Assembly: GCA_014905635.1 (NCBI GenBank)
Contig: JABVCE010000038.1
Span: forward strand, 1 to 64,000
Origin: Scenedesmus sp. PABB004
Lineage: Eukaryota
Length of the DNA stretch: 64,000 bases
Direction of reading: 5' to 3'
Shown here one piece after another: positions 10,836-22,406 of the stretch; the first letter of the stretch is position 1; each line of letters opens with the position of its first letter. Under the pieces are notes generated by a model, which was not told the origin of the DNA, searched no databases, and saw only the letters and a program-made list of their open reading frames with translations. The position numbers and the translations under genes are program-made.

Positions 10836-13800
10836 TCAGCCGGGGTGCGGCCGCGCCAGCGCGGGGCAGCTGGAGGCGATGTCCACCTCCGCGTGCGCCC
10901 ACGCCGCCGCAAACGCGTCGCCCGCTTGCGCGGCGCCGCGACCCCGCGCCGCCGCGACCTGCTGCAGCCCCAGCAGCGACCAGCCGTTGCCCGGGTGGGC
11001 CGCCAGGTCAGCCTCGTACGTGGCGGCGGCCTCGTCCAGCCGCCCCGCGCGCAGCAGCACCCACGCGAGGCACTGCCGCGGCGGCTGGTGCACGCTGCGG
11101 GGCGGCGGCGCGGCCGCGCGCGCGTCGTCCAGGGCGGGGCGGGAGCGCCCCGCCGTCACCCCGGCGCCGCCCAGCGCGGCACGCGCGTGTGCAGGCCCCG
11201 CGCGCGTCGCGCAGGGCGCGCCGCGCACCGCGGGGGCTCCATGTATCCCAGCGCCGCCTCCTCCGCCACGGCCTCGTCGAGCGCCTCCAGCGCGCCGGCC
11301 ATGTTGTTGGCCGCCAGGCGCAGCCGCGCCTCGGCCAGGCGCAGCATGATGGCCGCCAGCGCGCGGTAGCCTGCCGCGGCGGCGGGGGCATGGTGCCACG
11401 CGGCTGGCCAGCGCCCGGCCCCGCGGCGCCGTGTGCGCGCGCTGCCGTGCCCCGCCCCACACACACACACACACCCTCTCCAGCACACGCGCGCCCGCAC
11501 CCGAGGCGTACATCCCCGGCGGCTGCCCCGGCAGCGTCACCGGCTCGGCGGGCACCGCCGCGACCGCCGCCCTGAGCGCCGCGAGCTCGCGCGCGGCCTC
11601 GGCCTCGCGCAGGGCGAGGCTCTTGCGCGCCAGGTCAAACGCGGTCACGTCGCCGACGCCCAGGACCTGGCGCGCCGCGACGCGCCCGCGGCTCGGGGCC
11701 CGGGCCCCGCCCGCGCAGCGCGTCGCGCGCGCGGCGCGGCGACCGCGCGGCGCACGCGCGCCCGCCAGCGCGCACCTGCTCCGCGGCGGCCTGCATGCGC
11801 GCCGCGGCCACGAGCGTCGCGCCCGCGCGGCGCACCACCGCCGCGTATTGGGGCCCCCCGAGCGCCGTCACGCCGCGCGCGTCCGCGGGCGGCGGCGGCA
11901 GCGACGCGAGCTTGGCCCACTCGCCGTACCTGGGGACGGGGAGGGGGGAGGGGGGGCGCCCGGTCAGCGAGTGCAGGGAGGGCAGTGTCTGCAGCGCGTC
12001 CAGCCCCCCCCCCCCCCGACACACACACGGCAACACAGGCACCTGATGTAGAGTGTCGGCAGGCTCACCCACTCGCTGCCGGCGGCCATCCAGGTGTCGG
12101 GCACGCGCGTGCGCAGCGTGCGCACGCCCCGCGCAAACGCCTCGGCGGTGTGGAACATGCCAGCCATGCTGTGTGGCGCGGAGCGGCGCGGCGGAGGGCG
12201 GGCGGCGGCAGTTGGAGGGGGGCGTCGGTCGGCGCGCGGCGGCACGCCGGCGGCGCAGGCGCGGCCCGGCACGCCGCCCTCGTGCCCCCGCCTCATTGAA
12301 CGCGGGCGCGCGCACCTGGCGGCGTAGATGAGGACCGCCAGGTTGTGCTCTGGCAGGTAGGGCACGCGGCACTGCGCGCCGCGCGTGACGTCGTGCTCCG
12401 CCGCCGCGCGGTTGACGGCGACCGCATCGGCGTAGCGCCCGAGGCGCACGTAGATGTGGCTCGGCATGTGCAGCAGGTGCCCGTCCGCCAGCGCGCCGGC
12501 CTGGCGCGCGAGCGCGTCGGCGCTGCCGAACGCGCGGCCCGCCCAGTCGGCTTCGCGCCCTGGCGCGGCCAGCGGGCTGCCCGCCTCGGCTATGTGGATG
12601 TGCAGGTGCAGCGCGTGGCCGTGCCCCGGGCGCAGCGCCAGCGCGGCGCGCAGCAGGCGCTCCGCCTCTGCCGCGGCGGGGCGCAGCGCGCCCGAGGCGC
12701 CGTAGTAGTCCCAGGGCAGGCCGTTCATCACCGCCTCGGCGCCCAGCGCGTACGCGTCCGCGTCCTGCGCAGCGAGGCAGGGGCCCGCCGCGCCGCGCCG
12801 CGGCGGCGCCGCTCAGCGCGCGGCGCCGCTCAGCGCGCGGCGCGCCTGCGCGCCTGGCAGCCCGCCCGCGCTCGGCGCGAGGCGCCCCGCCGGCGCCGCC
12901 GCCGCCCGTGGCGCCGCCCGGCCGCCACCTGGTCCTCCTCGCCGATGGCCGCCATGCGCTCCGCCCAGGCCGCCTCGCGCGCGCGCCAGCTGCCGTCCCG
13001 CAGCGCCGCGGCGCCGCCGCCGAAGCGCGCCGCCGCGGCATCGATGATCCGCCGGTCCCGCCGCACGAGCGCCGCGTCCAGGGAGGAGGAGCCCAGCGCC
13101 GCGTCGCTGGCGCGCAGCGCCGCCTGCGCGGCGCGGCGGGCCGGGTCGGCCGGCCCGGCGCAGCGCGGCGCGGCGCAGCGCGCCGCGGTTGCGCGCCTGC
13201 ATGTGTGCGTGCGCGTCGGTCGCGTGCGCGGCAGTATAAGCAGGGAACGTCTGTCCCAGCCGGCCGGGGACCTTGTTGGGCATCGGGCCCTGCGCGTGCG
13301 CGAGCCCCCAGTGGCACATCGCCGCGCCGGGGTCGGCGCGCAGGCAGGCCTGCAGGCGACGGCGCCGGCGGCGGCGGCGTCAACCCGCGGCGGCACCAGC
13401 CCGCGGCGGCGTCAGCCCGCGGCGGCGTCAGCCCGCGGCGGCGTCAGCCCGCGGCGGCACCAGCCGGCTCGGCGCGCTGCGTGCGCGGCGCCGCGCCTGG
13501 AACATGGTCGTCGCCTCGAGCTGGTTGAAGCTGTGCAGCGCCAGCAGGCCCAGGTTGAACAGCACGCCCGCCGCACCGGGCGACGACGTGGCGATGCTGC
13601 GGTTGACCGCGCGGTTGGCGGCGCCTAGCAGCTTGACGCGCTCCTCGTCGTCCAGCGCGAAGCACCGCGGCGGCCCGCGCCCGAGCGACGCGGCGGCGCG
13701 CGCGCGCGGGCTCGTGAGCCGCAGCGCCACGCCCAGCAGCGCGACGCTCGCGAGCAGCAGCGCCGCGAGCTGCCAGGCCGGCAGGCGCTCGCGGCCGGCG

Positions 13801-13892
13801 TCGGCGCGCGCGTCGTGCTTCCGGCCCCGCGGCGGCCGCGCGCCGAGGTCCTGGCGGCTGCGCTTGCGGACCATGTCGCCGTGGCGATCCAT
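10836..13892 (-). CDS. Uncharacterised TPR-like, His-rich protein with an N-terminal transmembrane anchor, ~10 exons
   Basis: WQLAALLLASVALLGVAL TM segment; FNLGLLALHSFNQLEA..FQ|ACLRADPGAAMCHWGLAHAQGP; HGHALHLHIHIAEA; GHLLHMPSHIYVRLGRY; EADLAAHPGNGWSLLGL; AWAHAEVDIASSC. Resembles a family annotated as TPR proteins in bacteria and fungi (recalled, not searched). Confidence 0.8.
13370..13463. repeat. Intronic short tandem repeat (GGCGTCAGCCCGCGGC-like, ~18-bp period)
   Basis: About five degenerate copies inside the first intron of the TPR-like gene. Confidence 0.65.
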
Positions 13893-13945
13893 GCCGCCGG
13901 GCGCTGGCACACGCCGCCGGCGGGATGCGCCACCGCCCCGCGCGC

Positions 13946-14410
13946 GCCGGGCGGCGCCGCAGCGCCGGCGGGCGATCCGCTGAGGCGGCAGCGCGGCGCG
14001 CGGGGGCCTGGCCGCCCGCTTGCTGGACTGGCCGCGTCACGACACGGGCCGCCCTGGCTCCGGTACCGGGGCAGCTGGCGAGCGGCCGCGGGCCGGCGCG
14101 GCGGCGGCGCGGCGCGTGCCCGGTGCGACGGGTGCGTGTGGCGCTGCGGGGCCTGGTGCGCGCCGGTGGAGCGTTGGGGCGGGCGTCCGGTATCGCGGAT
14201 CAGCGGACGGAGGGGCGTGGCAGGGCAGAGGAGCGGGCGGCGAACCGCGGCGGCCCGAAGCGCAAACGACGCCCGCTGCTGCGCCCGCGCCCGCCGCAGC
14301 CGCAGCCGCTTCGCATGCCCGCCCCTCACTGCGCTGACCTGGCCGCCCGCATCAGTCTCAGGTCAGCGTCGCCCCGTGTGGAGCCAGGCGGCGGCAGCAG
14401 CGGCAGCGGC
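13946..14410. repeat. Inverted repeat copy 2; putative bidirectional promoter between the TPR-like gene and the DnaJ gene
   Basis: Reverse-complement homologue of 9361-9830. Shared blocks include GGGGGCCTGGCCGCCCG, GCGTCACGACA, GCCCTGGCTCCGG, the 55-bp core and GTGGAGCCAGGCGGC. Confidence 0.92.
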
Positions 14411-14439
14411 AGCAGCAGCAGCAGCGGCGCCGCCGCGCC

Positions 14440-15689
14440 ATGCGCGACCCGTGGGCCGAGCTGGGCGTCGCACGGGGCGCGGAGGAGGCGGAGGTGAAGG
14501 CCGCCTACCGCAAGCTGGTGCTGCGGTGGCACCCCGACCGGTGCGCGCCGTCAGCCAGGCGCCGCTGCGCCGCCCCGGCGCCACGCGCCTCGCCGCGCTC
14601 ATGGCCGCCCGTGTGCGCCCGCAGGCACGCCTCCTCCAGTGCCGCCGAGCAGGAGACCGCGGCGGCGCGCTTCAAGGTGCGGAGCGGCCCGCGCCGGCGG
14701 GCCCGCGCGGTTCGCGCTGCGCCGTCCACACGCGCGCGCGGCCCGCCGCCCGCCGCCCGCCGCGCCGCTCAGGTCGTCACCCAGGCCTACGGCATCCTCA
14801 CCGACGGTGCGGCGTGGCAGCGGCAGTGGCTGCGGGAGCCGCCGGCAGCGCGCAGCCGCCGCCGCAGCGGCGCCGGGCGACGCCGCGCGACTGCTGCGCG
14901 CCGACCCTCGCAGACCGCGCGCGCGCCGCGTACGAGGCCGGCCCGAGCGGCCGTGGCACGTACAGCCACAGCGGCGTCAACACCGACTGGGCGCGCAGCG
15001 AGCACGGCGCCGGCGGCGGCGGCTACACCAGCCGGCTGAGTGCGTGGCGGCGCCCCCGCGCGCGCGCGGACGCAGCCGCCCGCACCCTGACGCGGCGCAC
15101 GGCGGCTGAGTGCCGCCGCTGCGCGCGCGCGCCGCGTCCGCAGGCCGCTGGGAGTGGTACCGGCGAATGGCCGCGCAGGGGCTGCGCGGCTTTGGGCACT
15201 CGCTGCACCTCAGCCTCGCGGTGCTGCTGGTGGGCGGGGGGCTGGCGTTTGAGTACTCCCACACAGCCGTGTGGCAGGCGCGCAACAAGGGGGTGAGCCG
15301 GGCGGGCGCCGCGTTGCCGGGCACAGCGCAGACGGCTGCGCGCGCGTGGGCTGCCGCCGCTGGCTGCGGCGCGCGCGCCGACGCCGCGCGGCCGGCCGCA
15401 GAAAACGTTCGAGGACATGCACAGTGCGGTGCGGGAGCAGCGGGAGAAGCGGGCCGCGGGAGCCGGCGGTCAAGGCGGTGGCAGCAGCGGTGGCAGCAGT
15501 GGCGGCGGCGGCAGCGGCAGCAGCGGCGGCGGCGGCGGCGGCGGCGGGCAGGCAGCGAGCGAGAGCGGCGACAGGAGCTGGCACCTGCACAGCTCTTGGG
15601 CTGATGGCATGCGCGGGCGCTTCCTGACGGCGAGAGAGGCGGCAGAGGAGGGCGAGCCGCTTGCCGGCCCGCCAGGCGGCGGTGGGTGA
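14440..15689 (+). CDS. J-domain (DnaJ type C) protein with a C-terminal hydrophobic segment, plant DnaJ72-like, ~6 exons
   Basis: MRDPWAELGV...VKAAYRKLVLRWHPDR (HPD motif)...AARFK|VVTQAYGILTD; C-terminal LAVLLVGGGLAF...VWQARNKG|KTFEDM. Confidence 0.87.
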
Positions 15690-15863
15690 CGGCTTGCTCG
15701 GCGATGCGGCGCTGGGCCCTGTGGTTGGCGATGCGGCGCTGGGCCCTGTGGCCGGCACCCCGTGTACATCAGCGAATGGGTGGCCGCATGGCTGCCGCCA
15801 GCACGCGCGGCGTGTTACGCGCGAGCGCGCCGCCGACGCCGGCGTCACCCGCCGACGCCGCCG

Positions 15864-16618
15864 TCACCGCGCGCCCGCGTCCAGCGCCCGCAGCGCGTCC
15901 AGCTGCAGCCCTGCGGCCAGCCAGCCGTCGGGGGCGTCGCCCACCACCCCCAGCGCGAGGCAGTAGTGCTCCTGCGAGGCGGCGGCGGCGACGCGGCGGC
16001 CGTCGGGCCCTGCGCGCGCGCCACGCCGCGCAATGCCTGCGGCACAGGCCGGGCGCGCCCCCACCTGCAGGAGGCGCCACTCCTCCAGCTCGTCCAACAG
16101 CTCCAGCCGCTCGATGCGGCCCTGCTCCGACACCCACGCGGGGCGCAGCCAGCCGCCGCACGCGCCGCCGCTGGCGGCGGCTGGGGAGCTGCTGCGCCCG
16201 TAGTACACCGCCGCCATGTCCGCCGCCGCCGCCGCCCGCCAGCCGGCCCGCAGCAGCCGCGCCTCCTGCGCCGCCGGCGTCGGCACGGCGCCCGCGCTGC
16301 GCAGCGGGCAGCCCCGCGCCTGCGGGCGCCGCGCGGCGGGCCTGGCACGGCGCGCGGGGCGGGGCGGGGCGGGGCGGGGGGCGTGCCGCCGCCGCCGCCG
16401 TCGCCGCGGGCCCCACCTCGAGGTTTTGGAGCATCGTCGTGCCAAACGCGTCGCCCGGGCGCGTCTGCTCGTACACCACGACCGCCGCCGCGCCGCCGGC
16501 CGCGGCGGCCTTGCCCGCGGCGGCCGCGAGCAGCGCCTCCGCCTCGGCGGGGTCCATGTAGATGAGCACGCACTCGCTCACGTACAGCGTCGGCAGCCTG
16601 CGCGCCCCTCGCGGCGGC

Positions 16619-16654
<36 letters not shown>

Positions 16655-17663
16655 GCGCGTCAGGGAGCCGGGCTGGGGGCGGCCACCGTCCTGCCCCCGG
16701 CGCCGCGCCGCGCCGCGCCGCGCGGACCTGGCGTCGAAGCCGGCGGCCGCGAGCGCGGCGTCAAACTGCTCCGCGCGCCGCAGGTCGGCGCCGACCAGGG
16801 CGTAGCCAGGGCCCACCAGCGCCTGCGCGTGCGCCGCGACCGCGTGCGGCGGCGCCGTCCCCTGCTGCGCCGCCTGCTCCGCCGCCGCCTTGGTCCACGT
16901 GGCGTGGCCGGCCGCGTCCTCGCCGTCCGGCGGGCCCCCGGCGGCGGGCGCGGTGCTCACGGTGGTGCCGTCCGGCAGCAGCGCGCGCAGGCGCTCGCTG
17001 CCCAGCACGGCGCGCGCCTTCCTGCCGACCACCTACGGCGGGCGGCGCGTGCGCGTCGGCCGCGCCGCCGCCGCCGCGGCGCCCGCTCCCCGGGCCTCCC
17101 TTCCCTCCCGCCGCTGCACCTCTGCGTGGTCCAGCTCAACGTAGCGCACGCCGCCCAGCAGCGGCCAGCCCGCCTCGCGCTGCACAAACCACGCGCTGTC
17201 GCTGCCGGCGCCGAGCACCACCACCTGGCAGTGCGGCTGCTGCGGCGGCTGCTGGTGCGCCGGCGGCTGCTGCGGCGCCTGCTGCTGCTCGCGCTGCCGC
17301 GCCGCGCACGCCTCGACAAAGTCGGTCACCGCCTGCCGCATCGCCGCGTGCCGCGCCCACGTGCCGCGGTTGATGAGCGGCGGCTTGCGGCTGGGCAGGC
17401 ACCGCGCCAGGAGCGGCAGCAGGCCGTCCGCAAAGTAGCCCAGCGACGCGCACGACCTGCCGGCGCGGCGCCCGGCGCGGGCGCTCGAGCAGCGGCGCCG
17501 CGCGGCGGCGCGCGCGCGGCCAGCGGCTGGCGACGCCGGCGGCGCACATCTTGGTGGCCTGCGCCTCGTCGTTGGTCTTCTGCACACCGGCGTCCCCGCC
17601 GCCGCCGCGCCGCGGGCGCCGTGGGAGCGCCGGCAGCGGCGGCGGCGGCATCGCCCCGCTCAT
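15864..17663 (-). CDS. LCMT1: Leucine carboxyl methyltransferase (PPM1/LCMT1 family)
   Basis: VQKTNDEAQATKM|SCASLGYFAD; PPLINRGTWAR; QVVVLGAGSDS; YVELD; YALVGADLR; SECVLIYM; YEQTRPGDAFGTTMLQNL; RIERLELLDELEEWRLLQ|EHYC. Confidence 0.93.
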
Positions 17664-18289
17664 CGCGCCGGCGTCCTGCTCGACGCGCTGAACGGTGAGC
17701 CACGGGCTGGGCACGGCGCGGGCTGCGGCGGGTGGCGGCAGCGCTAGCAGCAGCGCTGTCGCTGCTTCGGCGCCGCTGCCGTTGCGGCGCGGCCTCGATC
17801 CGGTGAGCTGGGACGAGCGACGTGAACGAGAGGCGAGCGGCAGCCGCAACTTTACCGGTAAAGCCGCGCAAGGGCTCGGCGGCGCTGCGCCGCGACCGCC
17901 CGACTGCCCGCGCGCGGCGACGCGACTTCGAACCAGGGCCAGCTGATGAAATCAATGAATGTACCAGCAGCAGCAGCAGCAGCCAGGCCTGGCCGTGAAT
18001 GAACGAAACCGTGGTGAGCGCGTTGACCGTGCGCTCGTGCGGCGGCCGCACCACACCGCGCAGGCTCTCCAGCCTGTCGAACCATGTGGTGCCGGTGCGT
18101 CATCATGCTGGCGGGGCGGTGCATCATGTACTCAATCACAGAACGCGCGGTGCGGGGGTCGATGCGATGCTGTGCGTGCGCGCGCGTGGATGGGATCGAG
18201 CGCCGCCGGCATTCGCATGCGGCGGGGGCAGAGCGCGGTGCGTCTACAGCTGGGCGAGAGAACCCAACAGCCGCGTCATCAGTCAGTCA

Positions 18290-19364
18290 TCAGCCCTGCG
18301 GCGCAAAGCGCTCGCGCAGCGGCTGGTCGCCGGCGAGCGCCGCGACCGCCGCGAGCATCGCGCGGGCCCCGCACTCCAGCGCGCCGATGCAGGCGGCGCT
18401 GCGCGCCAGCAGCGCGTGCAGCTCGTCCGCGCCGCCGTCGGCCGGCGGCCGCGGCGCGGCCGCTCCGCCGCCGCTGCTGGCGCGCGGCAGGCGAGTAAAG
18501 CCCACCCCCGCACGCAGGGCGCGGGGGTGCTGCCGGGCGACGCCGGCACACACGCGGCCTGGCAGCGCGCGGCGCCTCCGTGGCGCGGCACCGCGGCCGT
18601 GGCCGCGGGCTCGCCGTCGTCGTCGGCCTGGCGGCGCCAGTCAAGCACCAGCTGCGCCGCGCTCGCCTCCGCGGCCGCCGCCCCGTCAGGGGCCGCCGGC
18701 GGCGCCCGGCGCACCGCCACCGCGCGCAGCGTGCCCAGCAGGCTGCCGCGCAGAGCGGCGCCGCTGCAGCTGCCGTCGCTGCTCTGCCTGCTCATGCGCA
18801 GCTCGAGCGCCTGCAGCGGCGTGCACGGGCTGGGCGGCCGCGGCGAGGCGTCGCTGCCGCCCGCGCTGGAGGCGTGCGACGGGCGGTGCAGGTGGGTGAG
18901 GCGCAGCCCGGGGTGCGGCGCGCACTCCGGCGCTCGGCCATCTGCGCCGGGCGGCGCCTTGGCGGCGGCCGGGCCCGCGGCGGGCGCCGCCGCCGGCGAC
19001 CGCGCCGCGCGCGCCGCCTGGCGCCGCAAGAGACCCGCGGCGTAGCTCAGCGTCAGCCGCCCGCCCGGCGCGCTGGCCGCCACGTGGCGCGCGGCCGTGC
19101 ACTTCTGGGCGCCCGCGGCCTCTTGGGGCGGCGGCGTGCTGCGCGGCACGCGCCGGTGCCCGGTGACGCCGCCGCGGGCCAGGACTGACGGGGCGGGGCT
19201 GGCGCTGGTGGCGAGGCCGGCCCTGCGGCGCGGGCGGCGGTCAGCGTCCCGCGCCAGCCCAGCCCGTCGGATCGCACAGGGCCGGCGCAGCCTTCAGGCA
19301 CGCACCTGCGGCTGGGCTTCCAGGAGTAGCGCAGCCGCGCGGCCTCCTCTGGAGGGCCCGGCAT
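18290..19364 (-). CDS. Hypothetical protein; exon structure uncertain
   Basis: ATG at 19364 with an AG|GTGCGT donor; protein-like stretches LQALELRMSRQSS and DELHALLARSAACIGALECGARAMLAAV. No recognisable domain. Confidence 0.4.
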
Positions 19365-19963
19365 CGCGCCGCGGCCGGTCGCAGCGGCGGTCAACGCCGC
19401 TAGGCGACTGGAGCGGCAGCCCCTTGCTCCCCGCGCGCACGTTGTCGCTTCGGTGAGCGATCCTTCGTGCTCTGGCACTCGCGCAGCAGCTGTTGCGCTG
19501 AAATGGGCCGCTCGCGCGCTCAACTACCGTCGAAGCGTGCTCAAGCGCCGAGCCGCCGCGTGCGTTCAGGGCGTGTTCAGGCGCGGCGGAGCCGGAAGTG
19601 CGGGGCAGACGCGGGAGCGGGGGTCGGATCCGAGAAGACGCGGCTGTTACGACGCGGTTCGTCGGGCAGTCGGACGCCGGCGCGCCGCCGCCGCCGCGCG
19701 CGCGCCCCAACGCAGAGAGTGCATTGCCGCCGCCTGCTGCCCGCCACGAGACGACGCCGCCTCCCTGCGCTGGCCAGTCATCCCGCCGCGTCGCACGGTG
19801 AAAAGCCCGCCACGCATCAACCCGTCAAGCCGTGCGAACGCGGCGCCGAGTCGCCGCCGGCACCCCCTGCACCCCCTCCCCTCTTGTACACACAAAGCTG
19901 CAAGTTGCACAGGAGATGCCGCGCTGCACACCAGGAACCACCGCCGCACGCGGAGCGCTGTGG

Positions 19964-20710
19964 TCAGCTGCTGGCGCCCGCGCGGGGGTGCAGCCACTGC
20001 GGCAGCTGCGGGAGGTGCTGGCGCAGCAGGCTGCCGAGCCAGCTGTCCTGCTGCTGCCGCGTGCTCCCGCTCGCCTGCGGGTCCTGGCTGCTGGCGGGCG
20101 CGCCGGCGTCGGGCGCCCCCTGCGCCACCGCCTCCGTGGAGTCGGCGGGCTGCGGCGGCGCGGCGGCGGCCGGCTGCGCCCCCGCGCGCTGCCGGCGCCG
20201 CCGCCCGCCGGCGGCCGCGCGGGCGGGCTGCGCCGCCTCCTGCCCCTCCTGCTCGCCGTCCATGTCCATGGCGGTGGGGCCTGAGCCCGCGGGCGCAGCC
20301 GCCGGCGCGGTGCCGCCGCCGCCCGCCGCCGCAGCCGCCGCAGCCGCCGCCGCCGCCGCTGCGCCTGCCGTCCTGCCGCTGCCGCGCGCGGCGCGGTGCT
20401 GCGGCGCGCCGCGGTGCCTGCCGCCTGCGGCGCCCGCCTCCTGGTTCTGCGCTGTCGTGGGCTGCACGACCTCGCCCTGCGTGACCTCGCCGGCGGTGTC
20501 GTCCGTCGCGCCGCCGCCAACCGCCGCGGCGGCCGCCTCCGCGGGCGCGTGCCTGCGCCGCCGCTGCCGGCGCGCCGCGCTCGGCTCGGCCGGCTGCAGC
20601 ACCTCCTCCTCATCAACAGCAGCCGCAGCCGCGCCCGGTGCGGGCTGGTCAGCCTCCGCCCGGCTGGGCGCGCGCTTGCGGCGCTCCCCGCGCGCCGGCG
20701 GCGGCGGCGG

Positions 20711-20752
<42 letters not shown>

Positions 20753-20997
20753 GGCCGCGGGCAGCGGCGGCCGCTGCGCTGGGCCCCGGCACCGCGGCAG
20801 CGGCGCTCGGACGCCTGCCGGGCGCAGGCTGGCCCCCGCCGGGCGCCGCAGCTGCCGCGGCGAGGCCCGCCGGCTGCTGCGAGCGCGCGCGCCGCTGCGG
20901 GTCGGGCTGCGCCGGCAGCGTGCGGCCGCTGCGCGTGGCGGTGCCGCGCCTCTGCCCTCGCGACGCGTCGGCGGCCGCGCCAGCCGCAGTCCCAGCA

Positions 20998-21038
<41 letters not shown>

Positions 21039-21945
21039 GACGGCGGCAGCGGCTGCAGCGGCGCCGCCGCCAGGGGGCGCGGGGGCGCCGGCTGCTGCCG
21101 CGTCCGGGGCGCGCCGGCCGCTGCGCTTGCGCCCCTTTGCCGCCTTGCGCCGGCCGCTGCTTGCCTCGAAGCCTGCGGGCGCGGCGAGGCGGGGGTGCCG
21201 GTCGCGCGCGCGGCCGCGGCAGCACCGCGGCGCCACTGCCTCTCCCTCCCCCTCCCCCGTGCTGCCGCTGCTGCCGCTGCTGCCGCTGCTGCCGCTGCTG
21301 CCGCTGGGCCGCCGCACCGTTGGTCTCCGACTTGGACGGCCCGCACACCGCCGCGCAGGTGGTCGCCGTGGTCGCGGCCGCCGCGACGGCCTTGCGCTCC
21401 GCAACCGTCTCGGCGTCGCGCGCGAGCGGCGGCCTGCGCGCGCAACAGCGGCGGCGCAGTCGGCACGCCGCCGCGCAATGGCGCGGCCGCGCCCGCAGCG
21501 CAGCGCCGGCCGCGCCGGCGGCGCCGCCGCGTCGCGCACCGCTCGGGCCGCGAGGCCGCGGTGTCGCCGAGCACCACCTCGAAGAACGCCTCACGCCACG
21601 AGCGGCACGCCGCGGCCGCGTTGTGCATCTGCGCGCCGCGCGGCGGCGCCGCCGCGCGGCGTGGGCCGCTGCCGCCGGCCGGGCCAGCGCAGCAGCAGCA
21701 GCAGCGGCGCGCACCGCGTCCTTGTTCTCCTTGCAGTCGACGGCGTGCAGCAGCTCGAACACGCGCAGCAGGCAGCCCTCCGGCAGCCCGAACTGCCAGG
21801 CCACGCCCTCGCCCGGCGGGCGGGGGCTGCCGGCGCGCCGGCGCGGCTGGGGCGAGGGCGGCCAGTGGGCGATGGTCGAGTCGGCCTCCGACGCCACCGC
21901 CTCCGTCTTGCGCGCCTGGCGGCGCTTGCTGCGCGTGAATGCCAT
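19964..21945 (-). CDS. F-box-like protein with a long low-complexity (polyQ/polyA) C-terminus
   Basis: WQFGLPEGCLLRVFELL...|MHNAAAACRSWREAF fits the F-box pattern LPxxxLxxIF...CRxWR. CAG tracts at ~20713-20751 and ~20998-21037. Internal exon limits are uncertain. Confidence 0.6.
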
Positions 21946-22406
21946 GCCGGGGGCCGCCAGGCGAGCGGCGGGGGCGCCCCCGTGCGACGGCGACCGGGCC
22001 CCGCCCTGCTGGCCTCGCCGCTGCCGCGCGGCCTGGCGCCTGGCGCGCCCCAGCTGCGGCCGAGACGCGATGAGCACGGGTGGACGACGCGGAGAGGCCG
22101 CCCGGACGGCCTCCGCGCGCGGCGCGGGCGAGGGCTGCGTTGCGGGCGCGCGGCCGCGTGGCGCCTGGGGGCTGCGGGCGCGTGGCTGTGGCGGAGGGGA
22201 CGGAAGTGGAGTCGAGAGCGGCACGCGGTGCGCAGCAGCTGAACGGGCTCGCGGGGTTCGGGCCCGCTCCGATTCGCACTGTCCCTGTCCGCCCACAGCC
22301 GATCGCGCCCGCTCACGGCGGCCCTGCACCGGCCCCGCACAGCGAGCGCGCCGCCGCCGACCGCCGCTGCCGTTGACCGCGGCGCTGTCGCTGTCCCGTC
22401 GCCAGC

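Noticed and set aside
9361..14410. Pack-MULE or composite transposon bounded by the inverted repeats
   Set aside because: No transposase and no discernible target-site duplication (ends lie in CAG/CGG low-complexity sequence). The enclosed genes are intact. Kept only as an alternative hypothesis.
15700..15751. 25-bp direct repeat GGCGATGCGGCGCTGGGCCCTGTGG x2
   Set aside because: Isolated local duplication in a 3'-UTR with no further structure.
17940..18295. TGATGA motifs suggesting a C/D snoRNA in a lower-GC patch
   Set aside because: No properly spaced D box or terminal stem found. More simply a 3'-UTR or promoter region.
20713..21037. CAG/CTG tracts read as polyA and polyQ
   Set aside because: Ordinary coding microsatellites, common in chlorophytes.
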